A stretch of DNA of 64,000 nt. Origin: Candidatus Omnitrophota bacterium. GTDB taxonomy: Bacteria > Omnitrophota > Gorgyraeia > B26-G9. The DNA lies in contig JBDRJV010000017.1 in assembly GCA_043814605.1 (NCBI GenBank), forward strand, positions 5,445 through 69,444, in the 5' to 3' direction. The notes below the pieces were generated by a model. The model made no database searches and was not told the origin of the DNA. It saw only the letters and a program-made list of their open reading frames with translations. Positions 8,920 to 16,610 of this stretch are shown piece after piece (within the stretch, counting starts at the first letter, position 1; each line of letters begins with the position of its first letter). Made by a program: the position numbers and the translations under genes.

Positions 8920-9291
8920 ATGAGTAACCGCATACGCTGGATTGATTATAAGGGAAAAAAAATACTTGTGCACGATTATTCTGAACTTAAAGGATTTAAT
9001 AGGGGGGGAGAACAAGTTTTAAATGAAGTGTCTAATTTCATTGATAAATTAACTGAGAATAATATACTCGAATTAATTGATGTGAGAAATTCTTATGGCG
9101 ATTTAGACTCAATAAAAAAAATGAAGGAAATGTCCAAAAAAATGCAGCCGCATGTAAAGAAATGTGCAATAATCGGGGTGACGGGTGTAAAAAAAGTTCT
9201 TTTAGATACAATTAATGTTTTTTCCCAGCGCCAGATTAAACCGTTTGCCACAGAAGAGGAAGCCAAAGAATGGCTGGTGGCTGAGGATTAG
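8920..9291 (+). CDS. Cassette protein B3, STAS-like
   Basis: 123 aa with NSYGDLDS loop and C-terminal EEEAKEWLVAED. More diverged than B1/B2. Confidence 0.6.
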   Translation: MSNRIRWIDYKGKKILVHDYSELKGFNRGGEQVLNEVSNFIDKLTENNILELIDVRNSYGDLDSIKKMKEMSKKMQPHVKKCAIIGVTGVKKVLLDTINVFSQRQIKPFATEEEAKEWLVAED

Positions 9292-9293
9292 AT

Positions 9294-9746
9294 ATGAGGA
9301 ATAAAATTTATTCAAGGTTAAAACTCTTAGGAAATAAAGAATATTGGATAAAAATATTTATGTTTGGATTTCCTTATTTTCTTATTGTTGATGCATTAAA
9401 AGTTATTTTAATTAATATTCTGCTCATAACTCGTGGAATGTCAACTTACTTGGCTCACTCTACTTCAATGTTTTTATTGATTGGAGATATGGGATTATCT
9501 ATTGGTTTAACTTTTGCAGCGTTGCTTGTTTTATGTGGAAGTATCGGTTTAATACTGAAAAAGAACTGGGCCAGGGGTTATATGTTTATAATATTCCTAC
9601 ATTATTGCATTTTCCAGATATTATTTATACTGTATGCTTCAGGTAATATGTCTTCCTCTTTAATCGAAATGATTCCGGCAACCATTATTTATATGCTAAT
9701 AATTTATGTTTATACTCGTCCTAAAGTAAGGGAGCGGTTTAAATGA
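9294..9746 (+). CDS. Hypothetical integral membrane protein (4 predicted TM helices)
   Basis: Hydrophobic 150-aa ORF starting 3 nt after the B3 stop. Confidence 0.5.
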   Translation: MRNKIYSRLKLLGNKEYWIKIFMFGFPYFLIVDALKVILINILLITRGMSTYLAHSTSMFLLIGDMGLSIGLTFAALLVLCGSIGLILKKNWARGYMFIIFLHYCIFQILFILYASGNMSSSLIEMIPATIIYMLIIYVYTRPKVRERFK

Positions 9747-9765
9747 TAAAAATGGAGGTGAGGAG

Positions 9766-10020
9766 ATGAAGGAGAAAGAAATAGGTGTTATAAATCATTA
9801 CTTTAATAAACTTTCTGTAGGAATTATTGAATTAAAGGGCTCTTTAAAAGTAGGAGACACTATCCATATAAAGGGGGCTCACGATGATTTCAGCCAAACG
9901 ATTGATTCTATGCAAATAGAACATGAAACAGTTGAATCTGCTAAAAAAGGTGAATTTGTGGGTATCAAGGTTGTGCAGCAAGTTCATGTCAACGATAAGG
10001 TATTTTTAGTTGCAGAATAA
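9766..10020 (+). CDS. Small conserved hypothetical (84 aa), beta-rich, possibly EF-Tu domain-2-like barrel
   Basis: GGAGGTGAGGAG RBS. Pattern GxIxL.G.LKVGDTIHIKG…GEFVGIKV resembles translation-factor domain II-like small proteins. Weak assignment. Confidence 0.4.
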   Translation: MKEKEIGVINHYFNKLSVGIIELKGSLKVGDTIHIKGAHDDFSQTIDSMQIEHETVESAKKGEFVGIKVVQQVHVNDKVFLVAE

Positions 10021-10056
10021 TATAGCGGTTGGAATATTACCATACAATTTTATTAA

Positions 10057-10085
10057 GGGGATAGTCTTATAGCTATCCCTTTTTT
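10057..10085 (+). terminator. Intrinsic terminator (GGGATAG-loop-CTATCCC + T6)
   Basis: 7-bp stem, 8-nt loop, TTTTTT run directly after the 9766..10020 gene. Part of a 37-bp element repeated at 13387..13423. Confidence 0.6.
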
Positions 10086-10086
10086 A

Positions 10087-10115
10087 TTGACTAAATGTAA
10101 AGATAGGAGTATGAT
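10087..10115 (+). promoter_or_regulatory. Near-consensus sigma70-type promoter TTGACT-17 nt-TATGAT
   Basis: -35 TTGACT at 10087..10092, exact 17-nt spacer, -10 TATGAT at 10110..10115. AGGAGGG SD at ~10150 precedes ATG 10163. Confidence 0.5.
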
Positions 10116-10162
10116 TCTTATATTAAATAATTACAAAAATAACTAAAAAAAGGAGGGTTAAA

Positions 10163-10387
10163 ATGGAAGGACAGGAAAGTAAGCATGACCGTTTTAAAAG
10201 ATTAGCCAGTAAAAGGGTTCAGAATGCCATTAAGAAAATAGAGATCATTGGTAATCTTGCCTCACCGGGGTATGAGTATTCAGAAGAAGATGTAGAAAAA
10301 ATCACAAGCTCACTTCAAGCAACTCTTGATCAGGTTAAAAACGCTTTTTCAAAAAGAAAGCCAAAAGTTCAGAACTTTACTTTATAA
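10163..10387 (+). CDS. Small Lys-rich hypothetical protein (74 aa) with strong expression signals
   Basis: Consensus promoter, AAAAAGGAGGG SD 6 nt upstream of ATG, and a 13-bp perfect terminator immediately downstream. No recognisable family. Confidence 0.6.
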   Translation: MEGQESKHDRFKRLASKRVQNAIKKIEIIGNLASPGYEYSEEDVEKITSSLQATLDQVKNAFSKRKPKVQNFTL

Positions 10388-10388
10388 A

Positions 10389-10424
10389 ACAGATTAAAAT
10401 CCTGATGATTTTAATCTGTTTTTT
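10389..10424 (+). terminator. Strong intrinsic terminator
   Basis: 13-bp perfect stem ACAGATTAAAATC / GATTTTAATCTGT, 5-nt loop, followed by TTTTTT. Confidence 0.8.
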
Positions 10425-10437
10425 GATTAAACATAAG

Positions 10438-10478
10438 TACAAACTCTGTAAATAAATTACAGAGTTTTTGTACTTTTA
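10438..10478. terminator. Second imperfect hairpin + T-run (possible back-up/bidirectional terminator)
   Basis: GTACAAACTCTGTA-aataaat-TACAGAGTTTTTGTAC, then TTTTAT. Confidence 0.4.
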
Positions 10479-10894
10479 TAAGGTTTTATGAATTTTGATA
10501 ATTTTTGATGTAAATAGACATCTATATGGACACCAGGTAGATGGGGCTACAGAGAATCTAACCCCAGTGGGCATATGAGACTTTTATCTTACATTAGTTC
10601 AATAAATACTTGACAATTTATTAAAATATGAGGAAGAAGTGGCGAAAATAGCGGCGGAGAACGAGTAGATATGAAACAATGGCGGAAGAAAAATAAAAGA
10701 GGAGATTTAAGATAGAAAGGGGCTATGCTGCCCCTTGAAGATAAATGAAGCGCAAAGCACCCTTGCCTAAACATTGCAAATTATCTAATGATAATTTGCT
10801 ACTAGGCTACGGGCATAAATTAGAACTTATTACTTATGTCACTTTGTTCCATAAGCAATGTTCTCATTTAGAAAACAGCCCTGGGAAACAGCGA

Positions 10895-11075
10895 TGATTT
10901 TCTAATGGTTTACTCACTACGACTTCGCTGCCAATTCGGCAGTCCTGCCTCAATGGCGTTCGTCCTGGCTGCATCTTCGTTCCTAAACCAAAGAAAATTA
11001 CCTGTCTCGCCGTGTTTGTGGCGGATATCGCTTGGTTTCAAAAGGGGATTAACAAAAGTTAAACCCTTTTAGTAT
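10895..11075 (+). promoter_or_regulatory. Candidate structured cis-regulatory RNA (GC-rich island in the 5' leader of the radical SAM gene, ending in hairpin AAAAGGG…CCCTTTT)
   Basis: About 50% GC inside a ~30% GC leader. Several local stems (CTGCC-aattc-GGCAG; CGCC-gtgtttgt-GGCG). The terminal 7-bp stem with U-tract at ~11040..11075 lies 85 nt before the start codon. No match to riboswitch classes I can recall. Confidence 0.3.
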
Positions 11076-11158
11076 ACTTGATAACAATAATGAAACATGG
11101 TATACTTTAATATTCAAACCTGTATAAAATAATATAATTAATTGAAAATAAAAGAGTT

Positions 11159-13345
11159 ATGATTAAAATTCGGATATTTAAAAGAGTTGTATCTATGATC
11201 TTACTGCAAGCCTTTTTGTTCGGGGCAGTTAGGTCAATCTATGTCTATGCTCAGGAACAGTCAATACTGAGTCCTCGAATAAGTTTGGGCCAGCCTGACT
11301 TGCAAACAGCAATGACCGAAAAAATGTCTTTAGCGCACTTTCCACCGTTAGATATTAGAGGAATAATAAAAGTAGGAAGAGGAGCAATAATATCAAAATC
11401 TTTGGTGACTAAAGAGGATCAAGCGTCCCAAGTTTTTTTTAAGAAAGCTTTACAGGGACTAGAACAGATCGAAACGATACAATGGTTTATAAATTTAAGA
11501 TGTGTTCTTAGATGCGATCACTGCTACTTAACACCAGAGCAGAAGAAAATGCCTCCTACCTCTTATCAGCAAGTATTAGATATTAGTAAAAAGATCAATA
11601 AACTCCCTGGGATTAAAGGAGTGGTAATTAACGGAGGGGAACCTTTTGCTAACCTTAAATTGATATATTTAGCATTAAAGGAATTAAAAGTACCAAAAAT
11701 AGGCCTTATGACTAGTGGTTTTTGGGCGAAAACACCTTTTATTACCAGTCGTGTTCTTGAAAATATAGTTAACGCTGCGGGAGATAAACACTTAGTTCTA
11801 CAAGTTAGTGTTAACGAATTTATTATGAAACAAAGAACCAAAAATAAAAAGCTTGGGTTTACTTTAGATAACTGGGTTAATATTATTAGGACTGTTGATG
11901 AACAATATTCTAAGAAAATTACTTTAGTGATTACATCTTTCTATAATGATCCAATATTCAATCAGTTAAAAAAGAAAATAGAGGACGAGGGTCTTAAAAT
12001 GCCTGAAGTCCGCAGATCAATAATGGAGTTTATTGGGCCAGCAGGAACCAACTTAGAGCGCAATGAATATAAGCAATGGGTTAATGTAGATAGCGCAGAC
12101 ATTTTTGTCCACAATAAATCTTTAGCAATCTATCCAGATGGGAAAGTAACTGTCGCTGCAGAGTTTTTAGGAGTATTAGAGGCAGGGAATATTTGTAAGC
12201 AGGGATTCCCAGACATTATTGATAATATTAATAAAGATTCATTATTCTACTTTGTTTTAACCAAGAAGGAACCAGCCAGACAATTATTAAGGATGGCTGC
12301 TCATTTTAACCCTGAGCTTGTAAATAAATGTAGCGATGAAATACTAGATGCTCCTAAAATTAGATTGCTGTTAGAAGATCCTATATTGAGATATTGTCTT
12401 AGAAAATTGGTGATTTGGAAGCTCTATAATGAACATGAACTTTTATTCATTGATGAAGATATGAAAAAATATGTCAACAAGCCTATTAGTGAGTTTATGT
12501 TGGAATTGGATAGAGAATACACTGGTCAAAAACAAGAAAAAGGAGAAGACGTAACCATAGTTAGTCTAAAAGATAAAATAATTATAGATTGGTTTGATAT
12601 TTCTAATCCAGCCACAGATTGGAAGAAAATATTTGGTAACAATAACAATCCCCAGGAACTTATAATTGGAAGTCTTTCGAGGTCTATGATCAAAGAAGCC
12701 CAAAAAAATCTTGCCAAGAATTATATCTGGGTTCAAACAATAAATCCTGCAGATACTACATATTTTATTGAGAAAGAAATTAGAGAAAAAAACATTCAAA
12801 ATGTCCGGTTAATCGATGCAGACATAAGAACGGCTATCCAGTCGATGTTTACCTTCGAGCAGATTTCTAATCTTTATGTATATTATACAGGAGCTGACAA
12901 ACGGATAGAAGAGTTTGAACGGCAAAAGTCAGGAGGAATGTATTATTCTGCTGATCCATATCTGCGGCATTTATATATAGAGATGCAGCAATCAGAATTG
13001 CAATATCCACCAAAAGGCTATTGGTTGGATTTTAGACAAGAAGGTTTATTACAGCGATTTTTAACCGTCATAAAAACAGGAGGTGTTTGTCATATCAGCA
13101 GCTGTGTTAGTGACTACATCGCTAGTGTTACCCGTATGATTGATTCTCATAAAATGGACATTCAGACTTTTGATAAGCCTAGTATGTTACCGGAAATAGG
13201 AGTCAACATAACTAATTATCTGGGGATTAGGAAAATACTACCTCTGAGTCCAAGTTGCTTAACGACCGCGAATGTTTCGATTCCTCAATTAAGAGCGAAC
13301 CCCGCTGGGACTTATCAATCGAAAATTATACAGAGTAGTATATAG
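11159..13345 (+). CDS. Atypical large radical SAM domain protein (728 aa) with N-terminal hydrophobic segment and ~450-aa C-terminal extension of unknown function
   Basis: CxxxCxxC motif CVLRCDHC at residues ~115-122, followed by a G-rich SAM-binding-like segment GVVINGGEPF. No SPASM/twitch Cys cluster seen. N-terminus MIKIRIFKRVVSMILLQAFLFGAV is hydrophobic. Confidence 0.75.
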   Translation: MIKIRIFKRVVSMILLQAFLFGAVRSIYVYAQEQSILSPRISLGQPDLQTAMTEKMSLAHFPPLDIRGIIKVGRGAIISKSLVTKEDQASQVFFKKALQGLEQIETIQWFINLRCVLRCDHCYLTPEQKKMPPTSYQQVLDISKKINKLPGIKGVVINGGEPFANLKLIYLALKELKVPKIGLMTSGFWAKTPFITSRVLENIVNAAGDKHLVLQVSVNEFIMKQRTKNKKLGFTLDNWVNIIRTVDEQYSKKITLVITSFYNDPIFNQLKKKIEDEGLKMPEVRRSIMEFIGPAGTNLERNEYKQWVNVDSADIFVHNKSLAIYPDGKVTVAAEFLGVLEAGNICKQGFPDIIDNINKDSLFYFVLTKKEPARQLLRMAAHFNPELVNKCSDEILDAPKIRLLLEDPILRYCLRKLVIWKLYNEHELLFIDEDMKKYVNKPISEFMLELDREYTGQKQEKGEDVTIVSLKDKIIIDWFDISNPATDWKKIFGNNNNPQELIIGSLSRSMIKEAQKNLAKNYIWVQTINPADTTYFIEKEIREKNIQNVRLIDADIRTAIQSMFTFEQISNLYVYYTGADKRIEEFERQKSGGMYYSADPYLRHLYIEMQQSELQYPPKGYWLDFRQEGLLQRFLTVIKTGGVCHISSCVSDYIASVTRMIDSHKMDIQTFDKPSMLPEIGVNITNYLGIRKILPLSPSCLTTANVSIPQLRANPAGTYQSKIIQSSI

Positions 13346-13386
13346 GAACGAAAAAGAAGTTAACTTCAGCAATATATAAACATATC

Positions 13387-13423
13387 AAGGGGTAGTATTC
13401 GGGCTATCCCTTTTTTATTGACT
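13387..13423 (+). repeat. Second copy of 37-bp terminator-like element (AAGGGG…CTATCCCTTTTTTATTGACT), direct repeat of 10055..10092
   Basis: About 32/37 identity with the copy at 10055..10092, including the T6-ATTGACT tail. Here the stem is degraded by a 1-nt deletion and there is no -10 element. Confidence 0.45.
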
Positions 13424-13673
13424 TAACTAGTAGCATAAGACTCCGAACCATCAGAGAGATAGTTAGTTGACTTTTCTTGCCAAAAACTTTAAACTAATTG
13501 TAATATTTTAATTTAACATTTATCATTCGTAATTTATAATTTGTCACTTGTCATTTGCCCCAAATGATGCAACATCTTTAGAGAAATCTTCGGGGGCCCG
13601 AAGAAAAACTTCTCTGGATATCCACATTCGGGATAATTTGTAATTCCCTCCAAAGGAGGGCGTGGGGTCATGG

Positions 13674-13749
13674 CGCAGTTGGGAGCGCGCCTCGTTCGCA
13701 ACGAGGAGGTCGGGGGTTCGAATCCCCCTGACTCCACCAAAAAAAATAA
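13674..13749 (+). tRNA. tRNA-Ala (anticodon CGC), CCA encoded
   Basis: Hand-folded cloverleaf: acceptor GGGGTCA/TGACTCC with G3:U70 wobble (Ala identity element), D-arm GCGC/GCGC, anticodon stem CCTCG/CGAGG with loop TTCGCAA, T-arm GGGGG-TTCGAAT-CCCCC, then ACCA. Confidence 0.85.
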
Positions 13750-13926
13750 ACCCTCGACCTCAAAAAGGGGATTTTAAGGGGAAAGATTGTTTCCCCTTAT
13801 CAGGGTATTAGAACTTCTTTGCGGAAGGAAAAGGACCAGTCCCGGCATAGGCGGGACGATAGGGGAAAACCTTAAGGGTTGTCCCCTATAGAGCGAATAA
13901 AATGAGCGATGAGGGCGGGGTTCGAA

Positions 13927-13957
13927 TCCCCCTGACTCCACCAAAAATGAGCAGAAG
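13927..13957 (+). repeat. 31-bp direct repeat of the tRNA-Ala 3' end (GGGGTTCGAATCCCCCTGACTCCACCAAAAA), att-site-like scar
   Basis: Identical to 13723..13753. Lacks the 5' half of the tRNA. Copies lie 204 bp apart. Confidence 0.6.
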
Positions 13958-13964
13958 GCTTACG

Positions 13965-14003
13965 CAACCAAAGGGAGCGTAAGCCTTTTTGCGAATTTAT
14001 ATA
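13965..14003 (+). terminator. Intrinsic terminator (11-bp perfect stem AAGGCTTACGC/GCGTAAGCCTT + T-run)
   Basis: Read directly. Lies just downstream of the tRNA 3'-end repeat. Confidence 0.65.
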
Positions 14004-14294
14004 GAGGAAGCTTTTGCAACGAGATGACTCCAATGCTCATTTTTAGTGTCCGTAGGGGAAAACGTAGTTTTCCCCTTTCGGCGCTCACCATCCTCATGGG
14101 GCTCGCTGTCACCCCTTTCCCAGAGGACTATTGCTTTTCAAGGAAAGGGAAGAGTCTTATCCTCCCTTTCCTTGGTAACCATACCTACCTAAAAAGGTGT
14201 CGACTTCGTCGACCAATAATTAAAAAAATTTTAAAAAATATTTAACGATAACCCAAGTTAGTATCCTATTTTTAAGCGATGCTATTGATTAAAG

Positions 14295-15038
14295 TTGAAG
14301 AAATATGTTATAATAAAAGCTATGAAAAATAATAAATTATATAAAATAAAAGTCTTCCTGGTTTTACTAACTGTGAGTATTTTATTTGGGTTGTGTATTA
14401 AAAATGTCTACGCTGAGGTTAATGTAGGTGCAACCCGTGAGGAAATCATTGCAACTTTCGGACAACCTACAGGAACCATGAACAGCGGGGATGAAGAAAT
14501 ATTAACTTATCCCGGAGGATTAATTGTTTTACGTGATGGAGTTGTTCAAAGTATGGATGATAAATTTAGCGAACGCTTAGCAGCACGGAAAAAAGAAAAT
14601 GAATTTGAACAAAAACAGAAAAAAAACGGGTTTATACAGTATTTGGGCCAATGGGTTACCCCGCAAAAGAAAAAGAATATTGAAGTAAATAAAAAGTTGG
14701 AAAAGAAAATTTTTGTCTATTCACAGGGAGGGCAGGAAATTGCAATAAATGAGTTACTTGTGCCGGATAAAATTACCATTGTGGATTTTTATGCTGACTG
14801 GTGCGGGCCTTGTAAAGCCATGGGGCCTAAACTGGAAAAACTGGCACTCTCTGATCCTGATGTTTATTTAAGAAAAGTTAATATTATAAAATGGGGCACC
14901 CCGGTTACAAAACAGCATCGGATCAGGGCCATTCCGGATGTACGCGTATTTACACGCAAAGGATATTTACTGGGTAAACCAACACACAGCATTCAGGAAG
15001 TGGAGCAGTTCGTTAAAGAGGCAAAAGATATCCGTTGA
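14295..15038 (+). CDS. Exported thioredoxin-family protein (signal/TM anchor + C-terminal thioredoxin fold)
   Basis: N-terminal hydrophobic segment. WCGPCK active-site motif within a thioredoxin-like block. Confidence 0.75.
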   Translation: MKKYVIIKAMKNNKLYKIKVFLVLLTVSILFGLCIKNVYAEVNVGATREEIIATFGQPTGTMNSGDEEILTYPGGLIVLRDGVVQSMDDKFSERLAARKKENEFEQKQKKNGFIQYLGQWVTPQKKKNIEVNKKLEKKIFVYSQGGQEIAINELLVPDKITIVDFYADWCGPCKAMGPKLEKLALSDPDVYLRKVNIIKWGTPVTKQHRIRAIPDVRVFTRKGYLLGKPTHSIQEVEQFVKEAKDIR

Positions 15039-15254
15039 TATTTAACTTTAATTTTTTTTATGAAAAAACCCGCACGCCCCTCAGATCATGACTTTTGGTT
15101 TATTGCCCGCATCCGAAAAGAAAATTCCCAAAAAAAACTTAATAAACGCCAGCAAAAAATTTTATCAAAAGTTCGACTTTGGGAGAAATTTAACGGGGCA
15201 CTGGACCAAAAAAAATGGAACTTTTAACTAACCACTTATCTTACGGCTAAAAAA

Positions 15255-16517
15255 ATGGAGCAGAAAATACTAAAATTCCCAAAAAATTTTTACTGGGGGG
15301 CAAGCACCTCCGCGCATCAAGTTGAAGGCTGCAATAAAAATGACTGGTCGTTATGGGAAAAAACCCGTGCTTCAAAACTGGCCCAAAAAGCTAAAAACAA
15401 TTATGCCTATCTTAGCGATATTTGGCCGCATATAAAAGATCAGGCGGAAAAAGAGCAAAATTATATTTCCGGGCTGGCAATTGATCATTATCATAAATAC
15501 TGTGAAGATTTTGAACTCGCCAAATCATTAGGACTTAATGCCTACAGGTTCTCTTTGGAATGGTCAAGGATCCAGCCTCAACCAGATTATTTTGATCAAG
15601 CTGCAATAACACACTACCGGCAAATATTAATAAAATTAAAACAATTAGGTATTGAGCCGTTTGTTTGTCTTTGGCACTGGCCGCTGCCTGTTTGGATCAG
15701 CGAAAAAGGCGGCTGGCAACATCCCAAAACACTGGAATATTTTCAAAAATATGTGGAATTAATTTCCTCTGAATTTAAAATTGAGGTTAGATACTGGGTT
15801 ACGCTTAATGAACCGGTTATCTATAGTTATGAGTCATATTTTAAAGGTATTTGGCCTCCGGAGAAAAAAGGGTTGTTAAAATTTTTCCGAATCGTGAAAA
15901 AGCTAATAAAAGCACATAAATTTAGTTATGCCGTAATTAAAAAAAATATTCCGGAAGCAAAAATTGGGATTGCTAAAAATAATATCCATTTTGAAGCTAA
16001 ACATAATTTTTTTATAAATATTTTGATTAAAAAAATACTGGATTGGGGATGGAATAATTATTTTTTGCAAAAAATAAAAAACCATCAGGATTTTATTGGA
16101 CTCAACCACTATTTTCATAATTTAATCGATTGGGGACTAGATAAAAACGAAAATAAAATTGTCTCGGATTTAGGCTGGGAGTTGTATCCGGAAAGTATTT
16201 TTTATGTTTTAAGTGACTTGAAAAAATTTAAAAAACCAGTTTATATTTTAGAAAATGGTTTAGCGGATTTAAAAGATGAAAAAAGAAAGTGGTTTATCAA
16301 AGAAACTCTTCAGTCTGTGTATAAAGCTATTGATTCCGGAGTTGATGTGCAGGGTTATTTTCATTGGTCATTATTAGACAACTTTGAATGGGATAAGGGC
16401 TTTTGGCCAAGATTCGGATTGATTGAGGTCTTATACCCTAGCCTGGAAAGGAAAATAAGGCAGAGTGCTTTTTATTATGCTGAGATTATTAAGCAAAACG
16501 GGCTAGTCGTTGAATAG
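15255..16517 (+). CDS. Glycoside hydrolase family 1 (beta-glucosidase/beta-galactosidase-like)
   Basis: GH1 signatures: N-terminal FxWGxSTSAHQxEG, LNAYRFSLEWSRIQP, acid/base TLNEP, nucleophile ILENG. Confidence 0.85.
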   Translation: MEQKILKFPKNFYWGASTSAHQVEGCNKNDWSLWEKTRASKLAQKAKNNYAYLSDIWPHIKDQAEKEQNYISGLAIDHYHKYCEDFELAKSLGLNAYRFSLEWSRIQPQPDYFDQAAITHYRQILIKLKQLGIEPFVCLWHWPLPVWISEKGGWQHPKTLEYFQKYVELISSEFKIEVRYWVTLNEPVIYSYESYFKGIWPPEKKGLLKFFRIVKKLIKAHKFSYAVIKKNIPEAKIGIAKNNIHFEAKHNFFINILIKKILDWGWNNYFLQKIKNHQDFIGLNHYFHNLIDWGLDKNENKIVSDLGWELYPESIFYVLSDLKKFKKPVYILENGLADLKDEKRKWFIKETLQSVYKAIDSGVDVQGYFHWSLLDNFEWDKGFWPRFGLIEVLYPSLERKIRQSAFYYAEIIKQNGLVVE

Positions 16518-16610
16518 TAATTACTAACCGAAATCAAATTGATTTAATATGTTGATTATGCTAAACTAGGCTTAATAATAAAGTTATCCGTAAGAAAGTG
16601 ATGAGGAAAA

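Noticed and set aside
10589-10774. 61-aa minus-strand ORF in the radical SAM leader
   Set aside because: No start context. Low-complexity product. Overlaps the probable promoter/leader of the plus-strand gene.
13534-13740. 68-aa minus-strand ORF (MVESGGFEPPTSS…)
   Set aside because: Lies antisense across tRNA-Ala. The GFEPPTS-type translation is the usual artefact of reading a tRNA T-arm backwards.
13674-13957. Possibility that the two tRNA-like 3' ends belong to one tmRNA
   Set aside because: The first unit folds as a complete cloverleaf with an anticodon arm. The second has no 5' acceptor partner, resume codon or tag ORF. A duplicated 3' end is therefore the better explanation.
14024-14245. 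73-aa plus-strand ORF
   Set aside because: Falls in the hairpin-dense noncoding stretch after tRNA-Ala. The reading frame is built from palindromes, with no RBS and atypical amino-acid composition.
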